Position numbers and translations under genes: made by a program | In this document: positions 18,855 to 28,519 of the stretch, in pieces | Layout of the letters: each line of letters begins with the position of its first letter | How positions within the stretch are numbered: the first letter of the stretch is position 1 | Source: Candidatus Portnoybacteria bacterium | Lineage (GTDB): Bacteria; Patescibacteriota; Minisyncoccia; Portnoybacterales; GWB1-42-6 | NCBI GenBank assembly: GCA_028688325.1 | Contig: JAQTYI010000003.1 | Span: 32,116-96,115, forward strand | Length of the DNA: 64,000 bases | Direction: 5' to 3' | Notes under the pieces: model-generated | What the model was told of the DNA's origin: nothing | Databases searched by the model: none | Seen by the model: only the letters and a program-made list of their open reading frames with translations

Positions 18855-18881
18855 TTAGCAGTCCCATACCGCGACTGCTAA
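18855..18881 (-). promoter_or_regulatory. CIRCE operator (TTAGCAGTC-N9-GACTGCTAA)
   Basis: Perfect 9-bp inverted repeat with a 9-nt spacer, matching CIRCE consensus TTAGCACTC-N9-GAGTGCTAA. About 85 nt upstream of the hrcA start. Confidence 0.8.
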
Positions 18882-18962
18882 AATCATTCTATTACCACCT
18901 AAAACCTTTGTCAACTCCCCTCTTTTGTAAAAAGGGGCTGGGGGAGAAGATTTAGTTGGCAT

Positions 18963-19100
18963 CCGATGTCCAAAATATTAAAGACCCCGCACCCAGGACA
19001 TCGGATGTCCTAATATTGAATTTAATCTGCTGACATCCGACAACTTAAAATTCAGAATTCTTTAATATTCGGGTTGTCGGATGTCAATACTGGCAAAATA
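18963..19100. repeat. About 140-bp repeat, family E (gacatccgacaac.taaaattcagaattctttaatattcgggttgtcgga.gtcaa)
   Basis: Second copy at 20945-21100; internal palindrome ttgtcggatgtc/gacatccgacaa. Confidence 0.65.
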
Positions 19101-19125
19101 AAAAACCGCTTGGATTTCCAAGCGG
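19095..19125 (-). terminator. Rho-independent terminator
   Basis: ccgcttggatttccaagcgg hairpin preceded by an A-run on plus (U-run on minus), downstream of the 19184-19579 gene. Confidence 0.6.
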
Positions 19126-19183
19126 GAGCAGTTGGTCTGCTCGGTCCATAAAAAATCGGAATTGAGACGGGAAAATATAAAGA

Positions 19184-19579
19184 TCAAAAATCCTCTATCT
19201 TTTTCCGAATATATTCGCCTTCACCAATCTGAAACTCTACATCTCCATTCCAATAGACCATCGCGCGGCGAAATTCACCGCCTTTAAAGATCGACTTCGG
19301 AGACTTCGGACTCCACTTAACATATAAATAGAGCCCCTCCCGTTCAGCTTGCCACCTCCCTACAGATACAGAACCCTCCGTTCCCGAAAAAACACTGGCA
19401 ACAAACTCCCGAAAACTATTTTCGATCGCTCTTAGTTTGGCGGGAGTTAATCCGCCGTTGCCGGCCATTACATAAGCGGCGACATAAGGGCCATTGGGCG
19501 GCGGAGCACTTTCTGCGGTCTCCGCAAACAACACACACAAAACTACCACAACCGCAAAAAATACCTGCGCTTTCTTCAT
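19184..19579 (-). CDS. Hypothetical secreted protein
   Basis: N-terminal signal peptide MKKAQVFFAVVVVLCVLFAETAESA. Confidence 0.5.
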   Translation of the reverse strand: MKKAQVFFAVVVVLCVLFAETAESAPPPNGPYVAAYVMAGNGGLTPAKLRAIENSFREFVASVFSGTEGSVSVGRWQAEREGLYLYVKWSPKSPKSIFKGGEFRRAMVYWNGDVEFQIGEGEYIRKKIEDF

Positions 19580-19985
19580 CTCTCTCCTCCTCTCCCCGAC
19601 ATCACCCTCGGCGGTGGGGTTATGTTTAATATTTTTTTGTTAAACAACTTACCTCAATCGGCAAAGATTTGAAGAGAGAATTAAAATGAATAATCATCCA
19701 ACCCTCCCTTCAAGTCCTTGCCGGCTTTTTACCCTATATAGGGGCAAAATACAGCTATATTCGTGATTTTAAAGTATACCATATAGCTATATGCTTGTCA
19801 AGGTTTGGCCCCTGGGGCGGGGAAGGCGCTTTGGAGGGGTATTTTTTTATGGTATGATTATATATAAATAAACAAGGCGATCCGAATCTACGAATCACAT
19901 CCTAATGTTCCGAATAAATTCATTCGGATGAGCGTTTTCGGATAATGTCCCGAGCGAAGCGAAGGGACTTTACGCTTTCGGATAC

Positions 19986-20882
19986 ATGAAAATCACCCAC
20001 AACCAGGTTTCTTGGCAACATATTGCCAAACCGAATTTCAGCGACCTGGAATTTTTAAAGAACGAATTCCGGGTTTCTTCGCCGGTTCTCAATGAATTGT
20101 TGGGCGACAACAAACGGCCGAAAATCGAAGAATACGACCAGTATCTTTTCATCGTTTTGCACTTTCCGGTCTTTAACGAAAGCACACGCCAGACAACGCC
20201 CACGGAGCTTGATTTCATCGTAACGAAAGATTCCGTCTTTACCGTGGCGCAAAATCCCAACCTCGCCCTGGAAAAACTATTCGCCGACGCCCAGAACGAT
20301 GCCGAGTCGCGTGAAGACAATTTCAAAAATTCCGGCTGGCTGTTGTTTTATCTTTTGGATGAAATGGTGGATTCCTGCCTGCCCATGCTGGATCATATCC
20401 ACGAAAAAATAGAAGAGATCGAGAAAGAAGTTTTTGAAGGCAAGGAGCGGGAAATGCTCAAAGAGGTGGCGATAGTGAAACGCGACATCATCGATTTTCG
20501 CCGCACAATAAAACCCCAGCGCTCCATCCTGGAAACCCTGGCCAAAAAATCTTCTCGGTTTTTCAAAAATGACCTGGATATCGTCTGCCAGGAGGTTATC
20601 GGCTCGGAAGTGCGCGTCTGGAACACGCTGGAAAACCATAAAGAAATGATAGAAGCCATTGAGCAGACCAACAGCAACCTGCTGTCTTACCAAATCAACC
20701 AGGTAATGCACACACTAACCTTCTTTTCCATCGTGCTTTTCTCGCTAACTTTCATCGCCGGATTTTTCAGTATGCGCGCCCTTGAAGGCGCCGGCGCTGT
20801 CGGCATCAAGGGAATTCTGGCCATAATGCTGGCCACGATATTGCTGATTGTGATTATATTCAAGAAAAAGAGATGGCTGTAA
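19986..20882 (+). CDS. corA: CorA-family divalent cation transporter with non-canonical SMR in place of the GMN motif
   Basis: C-terminal SLTFIAGFFSMRALEGAGA...IIFKKKRWL aligns with canonical CorA PLTFIAGIYGMNFEYMPEL...KKKKWL. Confidence 0.75.
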   Translation: MKITHNQVSWQHIAKPNFSDLEFLKNEFRVSSPVLNELLGDNKRPKIEEYDQYLFIVLHFPVFNESTRQTTPTELDFIVTKDSVFTVAQNPNLALEKLFADAQNDAESREDNFKNSGWLLFYLLDEMVDSCLPMLDHIHEKIEEIEKEVFEGKEREMLKEVAIVKRDIIDFRRTIKPQRSILETLAKKSSRFFKNDLDIVCQEVIGSEVRVWNTLENHKEMIEAIEQTNSNLLSYQINQVMHTLTFFSIVLFSLTFIAGFFSMRALEGAGAVGIKGILAIMLATILLIVIIFKKKRWL

Positions 20883-20944
20883 AAAGGACAAATGACAAAA
20901 TCCCAATGACCAAGCCCAAAATCACAAATAATCCCTTTTGACAT

Positions 20945-21100
20945 TTGGATTTGGGATTTTTTTGACATCCGACATCCCAAATATTAAGCACCCCGCATTC
21001 CGGATGTCGGATGTCCCGATATTAATTTTAATATGGCGATGTCCGACAACCTAAAATTCAGAATTCTTTAATATTCGGGTTGTCGGACATCAAAACCCTT
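20945..21100. repeat. Family E repeat, second copy
   Basis: Homologous to 18963-19100; overlaps the first 13 codons of the tracked cysS ORF. Confidence 0.65.
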
Positions 21101-21118
21101 AAAAGATTTATTAAATAT

Positions 21119-22789
21119 GTGCCGATAAAACTATACAATACTCTAACCCGCCGCAAGGAAGTTTTCACCCCGCTCAAAAAGGGCCGGGTGAGTTTTTACG
21201 CCTGCGGGCCGACGGTATATGATTTCTCCCATATCGGCAATTTCCGGACATATCTGTTCGAGGATATTTTGCGGCGGGTTTTGGAATACAACGGATACAA
21301 AGTGAGGCATGTGATGAATTTCACGGATGTGGGACATTTGGTTTCGGATGCCGACGAAGGCCAAGACAAAATGGAAAAAGCAGACAAAAACGCCCTATTT
21401 TTAAAATGCTCAAACTGTAAAAAAGTATTCTTCAGCGGTATCATAGACGCCGGAAAAAACTCAATTCTGAAGAACAACCAGCATAAATGTCCACATTGTG
21501 GTTTTATAAATATTGCTAAAGATAATTCTGCCTATTTTAAATCGGGAGAAAAACCGACAGAAAAAAGCATTTGGCAGATAGCCGATTTCTATATTGCCGC
21601 CTTTAAGCGCGATGCCGCGCTGCTCAACATAGAAAAGCCGGCTGTCTACGCCCGCGCCACCGAGCACATCAAAGAACAAATAGCGCTAATCAAGATACTG
21701 GAGAAAAGGGGCTACACCTATTTAACCGATGACGGCGTATATTTTGACACCTCCAAGCTCCCGGACTACGGGGCATTGGCCAAGCTGGATATTGAAGGGC
21801 TCAAAGCCGGCGCAAGAATTGAGAGCGTGGCGGGTAAAAAAAATCCCACGGATTTTGCGCTCTGGAAGTTTACTCCGAGTGAAACCCGGAGGCAAATGGA
21901 ATGGAAATCTCCCTGGCAACCTCCCGGCAGTCGGGTTCACCCCGAGGATTTACCTCGAGGGGGTAAAGTCATGGGTTTCCCCGGCTGGCATCTTGAATGC
22001 TCGGCCATGTCGCAAAAATATTTGGGCGAGCAATTTGATATCCACGCAGGCGCCATAGACCTTATTCCGGTGCACCATACCAACGAAATAGCTCAGTCCG
22101 AGGCGGCCTACGGCCAAATCCCGGCTCGCTATTGGCTGCACGGCGAATTCGTTCTATTGGACAGCGCCAAGATGGCCAAGTCGCTGGGAAACTTCATCAC
22201 CATTTCCAAGATAGCCGAGAAATTCAATCCGCTATCGTTTCGATATTTGACGCTCACCGCGCACTACCGTTCGCAATTGAACCTGACCTGGGAATCACTG
22301 GAAGCCGCGCAAACCGCGTTAAATAATCTATATCAGCAAACGCGCGAGTTGAAGGAAAACGCCGATCCATTCTGGCCCCTGATTAAAATCGCCGGGGGGC
22401 TGGGACTGGCGGGCAGAAGAACTTCCGCCGAGCTGAAGACAGCCAACCAATACCGGGAGAAATTCCGCGAATTCATCAACGACGACCTGAACACGCCCGA
22501 AGCCCTGGCGCTTGTTTGGCAAATATTGGCTGACCGGATATTGCCGCCAGCGGCCAAAAAGGACTTGCTTTTGGAATTCGATAATCTTTTCGGGCTAAGC
22601 TTGGCAAAAATAAAACCGGCCAGAGTGCCGGAACAAGTAAAACGGCTGGTGGCGCAGCGGGAAGCCGCCCGCCAAGACAAGAATTGGGCCAAAGCCGATG
22701 AATTGCGCGGCCAGATAGCCAAACACGGCTGGCTGGTGGAAGACGCGCCGCAGGGGCCAAAGCTCATAGAAAAACATATCAAAATATAA
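21119..22789 (+). CDS. cysS: Cysteine--tRNA ligase with an inserted C4 zinc-ribbon
   Basis: Start reassigned to GTG 21119 (VPIKLYNTLTRRKEVF...ACGPTVYD). KMSKS-type block KMAKSLGN. Insert CSNCKKVF-x22-HKCPHCGF. Confidence 0.85.
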   Translation: MPIKLYNTLTRRKEVFTPLKKGRVSFYACGPTVYDFSHIGNFRTYLFEDILRRVLEYNGYKVRHVMNFTDVGHLVSDADEGQDKMEKADKNALFLKCSNCKKVFFSGIIDAGKNSILKNNQHKCPHCGFINIAKDNSAYFKSGEKPTEKSIWQIADFYIAAFKRDAALLNIEKPAVYARATEHIKEQIALIKILEKRGYTYLTDDGVYFDTSKLPDYGALAKLDIEGLKAGARIESVAGKKNPTDFALWKFTPSETRRQMEWKSPWQPPGSRVHPEDLPRGGKVMGFPGWHLECSAMSQKYLGEQFDIHAGAIDLIPVHHTNEIAQSEAAYGQIPARYWLHGEFVLLDSAKMAKSLGNFITISKIAEKFNPLSFRYLTLTAHYRSQLNLTWESLEAAQTALNNLYQQTRELKENADPFWPLIKIAGGLGLAGRRTSAELKTANQYREKFREFINDDLNTPEALALVWQILADRILPPAAKKDLLLEFDNLFGLSLAKIKPARVPEQVKRLVAQREAARQDKNWAKADELRGQIAKHGWLVEDAPQGPKLIEKHIKI

Positions 22790-22794
22790 AAATA

Positions 22795-22850
22795 AAAAAG
22801 GATTCCATCGGAATCCTTTTTTCGTTTTCGCGCTTAGGCGCGTTTTTTAT
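22795..22850. terminator. Tandem hairpins forming a bidirectional terminator
   Basis: aaaaaggattccatcggaatcctttttt and cgcgcttaggcgcgtttttt between convergent cysS and the receiver gene. Confidence 0.65.
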
Positions 22851-23242
22851 TGTAAAACCGTTGCCAGTAATCCGCAAATCTCTTCGGGCATTATCGGCTT
22901 GCCCAAACAAGGACAGCCGAGTCCTTCAAATTTTCCCCTTAAAAGAGCCGAATGTTTTATAAAACCGGAGACCATAATAATGGAAATATTCTCGGTTTCT
23001 TTCCGGCTGCGAATAAAGGCCGCCAACTCCAAGCCATTCAAGCCGGGCATAACATAATCCAGCACCGCAGCGACGAGAATGCTTTCACCTTCATTTGAGC
23101 ATTCCATGAGCTTATCCCTGGCTTCATTGCCGTTTACCGCCCGCAAAACCTCTGTTTCGGGAAAGTTGTCATTGATAAGTTCCTCTATCATTCTTAAGCA
23201 CTCCAGATCGTCATCAGCCACCAAAATTTTTTTCGTTTTCAT
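22847..23242 (-). CDS. Stand-alone response-regulator receiver (CheY-like) protein
   Basis: ILVADDD...LDYVMPGLNG...IMVSG...GKP receiver motifs; no output domain. Confidence 0.75.
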   Translation of the reverse strand: MKTKKILVADDDLECLRMIEELINDNFPETEVLRAVNGNEARDKLMECSNEGESILVAAVLDYVMPGLNGLELAAFIRSRKETENISIIMVSGFIKHSALLRGKFEGLGCPCLGKPIMPEEICGLLATVLQ

Positions 23243-23454
23243 TTCTCCTCCTGGCAATGTTAGTTGGCCTCAAAAGAACTTGATAAATTCCGCCCCTTTC
23301 TGCGATAAGAAGATTCTATTCCGAAAAACAAATAAATGCAAGGCCTCTTTTTCAACTTTTACTCCCCACGAAATCCACTTTTTGCCGCAAAACGGCGTAT
23401 TGCCAAGTATCAATGCGATGATATACTGTAATAACGCCAGACCGCTGCGCTAAA

Positions 23455-23570
23455 TGTCTAAATCCTAATGCCTAATGACAAATGAAAAGCTTAATGCCCA
23501 ATTTCCAATCATTGAGGAATTGGTCATTTCATTAGACATTAGTCATTAGAGATTGGTCATTAAGTACAAA
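23455..23570. repeat. Family D AT-rich hairpin cluster
   Basis: aatgacaaatgaaaagc...ttggtcatttcattagacattagtcattag palindromic units. Confidence 0.5.
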
Positions 23571-23611
23571 TTCTTCGGCCTGCGGGGTCAGAATGACAAA
23601 TAAACTATAAT

Positions 23612-24973
23612 ATGGCTAAACAGAGTAATCAGTCCGATCGCCTTCCCCCGCAAAATATCGAAGCCGAGCAGAGCGTGCTTGGCTCCCTGATGCTGGGCAA
23701 AGATACCATCATCCGCGTAGCGGATATTTTGCGTCCGGGGCATTTTTACCGCCAGATCCACAATATCATCTTTGAGGTGATGTTGGAATTATATGAAAAA
23801 AGCGAGCCGATAGATGTTCTGAGCTTAACCAGCCGGCTGGAAGATATCGGCAAAATAGAAGAAATCGGCGGACCGGCATATTTGGCCGAGCTCGTTAACC
23901 GTGTGCCCACCGCCGCCCATGTTCTGCATTACGCCAAAATAGTGCACCATAAAAAGGTCTTGCGCGATCTCATCGACGCGGCCGACCACATCACGCGCCT
24001 GGGCTTCAATGAGGAAGAAAATTTGGAAAATATCTTGGACGAGGCCGAACAGAGCATTTTTCGCATTTCGCAAAAAAATCTTTCCCAAGAATTCATGCCG
24101 GTCAAGAACGCCCTGGAAGAAGCGTTTGAAAGAATTGATAAATTGCACAAAGGCGACGGTGCCATGCGCGGCGTGCCGACCGGTTTTTACGACCTGGACA
24201 ACTATCTTTCCGGCCTGCAAAAATCCGATTTGGTGATTCTGGCGGCCAGGCCATCTCTTGGTAAAACATCTCTGGCCATGGATGTTGTGCGCCATGTGGC
24301 CGTCAAGCAAAAAATCCCCGTGGGAATATTCTCGCTGGAAATGTCAAAACATGATGTGGTTGACCGCTTGCTGGCCGCGCAAGCCGGCGTCGATCTGTGG
24401 AAGTTGCGCACGGGGCGCCTGTCCATGGAAGGGCTGGACAACGACCTTCTCCGCATACAGGAAGCCATGGCCGTGCTGTCGGAAGCCCCCATTTTCATTG
24501 ATGATGCCCCCTCCCCCTCTGTGCTGCAAATGCGCACCATGGGCAGGCGGCTGCAAACCGAACAAGGGGGTTTAGGGCTTATCGTGGTTGACTACTTGCA
24601 GCTTATCCAGCCCCGCACCAATAACGACAATATGGTGCAGCAAGTCACGGAGATTTCCCGTTCTTTGAAAGGCCTGGCCCGCGAATTGGAGTGCCCCGTA
24701 TTGGCCCTGTCGCAGCTTTCCCGTGCGGTTGAGGGACGCCCCGATCAAATGCCGCGCCTGGCTGATTTGCGCGAATCCGGCTCCATTGAGCAAGACGCGG
24801 ATGTGGTCTTGTTTATTTATCGCGAGGATAAGACCAAAAAGGATTCTGCGCGGCCCAATATCGCCGATATTATTATCGCCAAACACCGCAACGGCCCTAT
24901 CGGCCGGGCAGAACTTTATTTCAACGACGCGCAGGCGAGCTTTAAAAATTTGGAAAAACACTTTAATGAATAA
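23612..24973 (+). CDS. dnaB: Replicative DNA helicase DnaB
   Basis: N-terminal primase-interaction domain (PPQNIEAEQSVLGSLML). Walker A ARPSLGKTSLAMD. RecA-like C-terminal domain. Confidence 0.95.
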   Translation: MAKQSNQSDRLPPQNIEAEQSVLGSLMLGKDTIIRVADILRPGHFYRQIHNIIFEVMLELYEKSEPIDVLSLTSRLEDIGKIEEIGGPAYLAELVNRVPTAAHVLHYAKIVHHKKVLRDLIDAADHITRLGFNEEENLENILDEAEQSIFRISQKNLSQEFMPVKNALEEAFERIDKLHKGDGAMRGVPTGFYDLDNYLSGLQKSDLVILAARPSLGKTSLAMDVVRHVAVKQKIPVGIFSLEMSKHDVVDRLLAAQAGVDLWKLRTGRLSMEGLDNDLLRIQEAMAVLSEAPIFIDDAPSPSVLQMRTMGRRLQTEQGGLGLIVVDYLQLIQPRTNNDNMVQQVTEISRSLKGLARELECPVLALSQLSRAVEGRPDQMPRLADLRESGSIEQDADVVLFIYREDKTKKDSARPNIADIIIAKHRNGPIGRAELYFNDAQASFKNLEKHFNE

Positions 24974-25163
24974 CAATTTTGACCAGCTGATAATTATGTT
25001 GCTATTTTGAATGAGGTTAAGAATCTATTTATTTAATGACAAATGACAAAATCCCAATGACCAATAAATGTCCAAGCCCAAAATCCTAAAAGATTTTTTG
25101 ACATTAGGATTTGGGATTTTATTTGACATTGGAAATTAGAAATTTGTCATTTAAATAACCTTA

Positions 25164-25766
25164 ATGCTTCCTCCTTCCCTCAAAACCCTCATCGACCATC
25201 TTTCAAGATTGCCGGGGTTAGGCCAGCGCTCCGCCACCCGTTTGGCTTTTTATCTTATCGGCCAGCCGCCGGCCGACTTGCACGGCTTAGCGCAAGCCAT
25301 AAAGGACTTGCCGGCCAAGATTAAGCATTGCCCGCGCTGTTTCAATTTAACGAGCAACAGCGAACTTTGCGCCATTTGCACGGACAAAAAACGCCAGCAA
25401 AACATCATCTGCGTGGTGGAAGATATTCTGGATATCATCCCCATTGAGCGCACGCGCCAGTTTAACGGCGTTTATCATGTGCTCGGCGGACTTATCTCGC
25501 CCATTGACGGACTCACGCCGGATAAGCTCCGCATCAAAGAATTGATTGTTCGCATCAAGCAATTTCTGGCCCAAAAAGTTCAGCCCGAAATAATCCTGGC
25601 ATTGAACCCCACCACCGAAGGCGACACCACGGCATTATATCTGGAAAAACTCCTGAAGCCGTCCAACGCTAAAATTACCAAATTAAATCGCGGACTCTCC
25701 ACGGGTAGCGACCTTGAATACGCGGATGAAACCACGCTCATCAACGCGTTGAAATATAGGCATTAG
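25164..25766 (+). CDS. recR: Recombination protein RecR
   Basis: HhH, C4 zinc finger CPRCFNLTSNSELCAIC, Toprim domain. Confidence 0.9.
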   Translation: MLPPSLKTLIDHLSRLPGLGQRSATRLAFYLIGQPPADLHGLAQAIKDLPAKIKHCPRCFNLTSNSELCAICTDKKRQQNIICVVEDILDIIPIERTRQFNGVYHVLGGLISPIDGLTPDKLRIKELIVRIKQFLAQKVQPEIILALNPTTEGDTTALYLEKLLKPSNAKITKLNRGLSTGSDLEYADETTLINALKYRH

Positions 25767-25773
25767 ATTAAAT

Positions 25774-25850
25774 CCTCCCCAGCCCTCCCTTACAAAAGGA
25801 GGGGGACGAATTTGATTCCTCCCTTTCGTAAAGGGAGGTTAGGAGGGATT
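25774..25850. repeat. Family C element, two tandem units (cctcccc.gccctcccttacaaaaggagggggacg; ttcctccctttcgtaaagggaggttaggagggatt)
   Basis: GGGAGG-type hairpins. Other copies at 4266-4304, 8343-8382, 8829-8864, 17474-17535, 18914-18950, 33999-34035. Confidence 0.65.
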
Positions 25851-25871
25851 TAGTTTCATTTTTGTTCCCAA

Positions 25872-25916
25872 AATAAAAACCCGCGAAGCTGCATCGCAGC
25901 CCGCGGGTCTTTTATT
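25872..25916. terminator. Bidirectional rho-independent terminator
   Basis: acccgcgaagctgcatcgcagcccgcgggt hairpin flanked by A-run and T-run between convergent genes. Confidence 0.7.
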
Positions 25917-25931
25917 ATAACTGACGCATTT

Positions 25932-28307
25932 TTATTGTATCGGCACCTGGCTGGGCTGGGTCGGGACTTGAGTTATCGCTGGTTTGCCCGCCTGGAGATT
26001 CGCCAAAATATTCTTGATATCCTGGTTGTCGGGATTGAGCGCCAGCACTTTGTTGAATTGTTCTGTCGCCGCTGGCTTATTGCCAAGCTGGTCGTAGACC
26101 AATCCCAGGAAATATCTGGCGTTGGAATAATTTTGGTCTATCAGGACAGCGCGCTCAAGTTCGGCTTTGGCCGAATTCCAATCGGACTTTTTATAATATA
26201 AAAGTCCCAGCTGGAAAGCCACGCCGATATCCTGCGGATATAGGTTTCTTGTCTTAATCATGCTGGCGATAGCTTCGTTGGTCTGGCCGGTTCGGCTATA
26301 AACCATGGCCAGCTCAAACAACGCCTGCGCGTAATCGGGCTTGGCATCTATGGATTTTTTCAGCGCTTCTTCGGCTTTAGCCAGATAATCTTTTTGTCTG
26401 GCGGCCGCCTCCTTATCTTTCTGGGCCGCCTGCGTCAAAATATCAGAACCCAAAACATAAGTGCTGCCCAGCTCGTAATAATACGAAGGATTTTGCGGTT
26501 CAAGTTTTGAGGCCTCACTATAAGCATCAAAGGCCCATTGCTCTGCCCCATTGATATAACCAATAACTGCCCGATAAATCGCCGCCCGCTGGACCCAATT
26601 GTCAACATTCAACGGCGCCAGGTCCGTTGATCGCTTGCCGATGTTTATGGCTGTGGCGATCAGATTCTGAATGTTGGCATCTCGTTCCGCACTCTGCGGC
26701 TTGGCTATTTCCTGGGTAACCTTCTGCAAGGCGGCCCGTGAAAGCGTGCGCAAATAAAGATCGTTATAAGGATTAAGCATCACCGCGTCCTTGATCTTTA
26801 CCGTGCCGCCGTCTATATCGTTTTTTGCGTTCACCGCGGTTATGCCTTTCTGATAAAGAATATCGGCATAATAATAACTGCCTCCAAGATACAGGGCGCT
26901 GATGGTTAAGACCAAAACGACCACGAAAGAGAAAGACAGAAGCGAAGCGAAGGGCGAAGTCCGGTCGAAGGACACCGACATTGCCGGAATTTTTTCAATT
27001 TCTATTTCGGCCTCTTCGCCTTTGGTCGCTAAGGTCTTCAAACACAAAAATGACAAGCCCAGCATGAACCAAAAAGCGAATTCCAAAGTCAGGTTAGTGC
27101 CATAAAAAAACTGCGAAAGAGCCAATACCAGCCAAGACGAAAATATCGCCAGGGTCAAAGGCCAGTTCCTCCCCCGCCGCTTGATAAGCACAAAAAGTCC
27201 ATAAGCCGCGAAACCTATCAATATGACGGCCCAAGTAAGCGAACCCGCTATACCCAGGGTGACCGGCTGGCTGGCAATTTTGGATACCCCTTGATTGAAG
27301 CGGACGCTCCAAAAATCCGTCTGATTCAAAACCTTATCGCGATACAGACCATACGCGTAAGAATATTCCCCCGGCCCCACTCCGAAAATCGGCTTTTTTT
27401 TCAAAACTTGCCTATCGATATCCATTGAAGCGCTCCAGGAGGGCGCGACTTCCGACGGCACGGATAACCATGTGAAAAGATTCAAGCGGATCGGCAAAAG
27501 CATCAAAACCGCAAAAGCCAGAACAAGCATCGGCAGGGCCAAACGAAACTGACTCATTTGCCCTCGATTAATGATGCCGAGAGAAATGATTATTATCGCT
27601 ACAACCAATAAGGCCCACCAAACATTAGCGAAGTTGATGGATAATATCATTATCAAAAACAAGAAAGCGGCTATGCCGTAGAAAATCCGGCGCCAAACCG
27701 GGGTCTCGTTCTCCGTAAAAAGCACCGCGGCCAAAACCATCAGAGAAGCCAGGAGGAATTCCAAAGAGTTGACCGAACCGACGCTGTTAAAATTGGCTAT
27801 TTTGGCAAAGTCCAATGGCAGCAGGAATTTTCCGGCCAGCTGGAAAGCGCCGAAAAGCCCGGCGATAAGCCCCGAAAAGATAAGAATGGAAACAGAATTG
27901 ATCATCTCCTCGCGGCTCTTGATGTTGTTGACCAGGACGAAAAAAATAATGAGCAGAGCGACAAGCGAGAAGAATGCTTCATTGATGACGCTACCCGAGC
28001 CAACCAGGCCCAAATAAAGATTTTTCGACACTACAGCGCTTATCAAGGAAAAAATAGCGAATAGCGCCAAACCGATATTCAGCCAACTTTTTTTCAACTC
28101 CATCCGCCCTTCGGCCATCATTTTGCCAAGCCACGCTATGAGCAGCACCAGGCAGAAAACAACCAGCAGAAGCTGTTTATTCAGCTCTAAAACATTGAGG
28201 TTGAACGGTAGAAAAAACACCGGCGTTAAAAAAGCAAGCAGATAAAGCCCGCCTTTTATCACCCAGTCGCAAAACCAAATCGCCCTCAGGTCGTTCTCTT
28301 TGCTCAT
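25932..28307 (-). CDS. O-antigen ligase/polymerase-like polytopic membrane protein with C-terminal TPR repeats
   Basis: Twelve or more transmembrane helices with a Wzy_C-like loop; C-terminal 250 aa of TPR-like repeats. Confidence 0.6.
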   Translation of the reverse strand: MSKENDLRAIWFCDWVIKGGLYLLAFLTPVFFLPFNLNVLELNKQLLLVVFCLVLLIAWLGKMMAEGRMELKKSWLNIGLALFAIFSLISAVVSKNLYLGLVGSGSVINEAFFSLVALLIIFFVLVNNIKSREEMINSVSILIFSGLIAGLFGAFQLAGKFLLPLDFAKIANFNSVGSVNSLEFLLASLMVLAAVLFTENETPVWRRIFYGIAAFLFLIMILSINFANVWWALLVVAIIIISLGIINRGQMSQFRLALPMLVLAFAVLMLLPIRLNLFTWLSVPSEVAPSWSASMDIDRQVLKKKPIFGVGPGEYSYAYGLYRDKVLNQTDFWSVRFNQGVSKIASQPVTLGIAGSLTWAVILIGFAAYGLFVLIKRRGRNWPLTLAIFSSWLVLALSQFFYGTNLTLEFAFWFMLGLSFLCLKTLATKGEEAEIEIEKIPAMSVSFDRTSPFASLLSFSFVVVLVLTISALYLGGSYYYADILYQKGITAVNAKNDIDGGTVKIKDAVMLNPYNDLYLRTLSRAALQKVTQEIAKPQSAERDANIQNLIATAINIGKRSTDLAPLNVDNWVQRAAIYRAVIGYINGAEQWAFDAYSEASKLEPQNPSYYYELGSTYVLGSDILTQAAQKDKEAAARQKDYLAKAEEALKKSIDAKPDYAQALFELAMVYSRTGQTNEAIASMIKTRNLYPQDIGVAFQLGLLYYKKSDWNSAKAELERAVLIDQNYSNARYFLGLVYDQLGNKPAATEQFNKVLALNPDNQDIKNILANLQAGKPAITQVPTQPSQVPIQ

Positions 28308-28477
28308 ACGATTCTTTTATCGATAACCGGCTCCGCGTTTTAAATTTTAAGCGCGGGGACGAAAATCAATATAAATTAAAATTACCTGCTATTTTTATAG
28401 AGGCCCGGATTTCTACGCTTATTATAGCAAAATTAACCCTGGCTACCAAGTATTTTTTGTCCACAGCCGAAAACTAA

Positions 28478-28510
28478 GGAACAAAAAATCCCCGCTCGGC
28501 GCAAGGGATT
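28478..28510 (-). terminator. Rho-independent terminator downstream of rplU
   Basis: aaaaaatccccgctcggcgcaagggatttt hairpin with an A-run on plus (U-run on minus). Confidence 0.5.
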
Positions 28511-28519
28511 TTGAATGGG

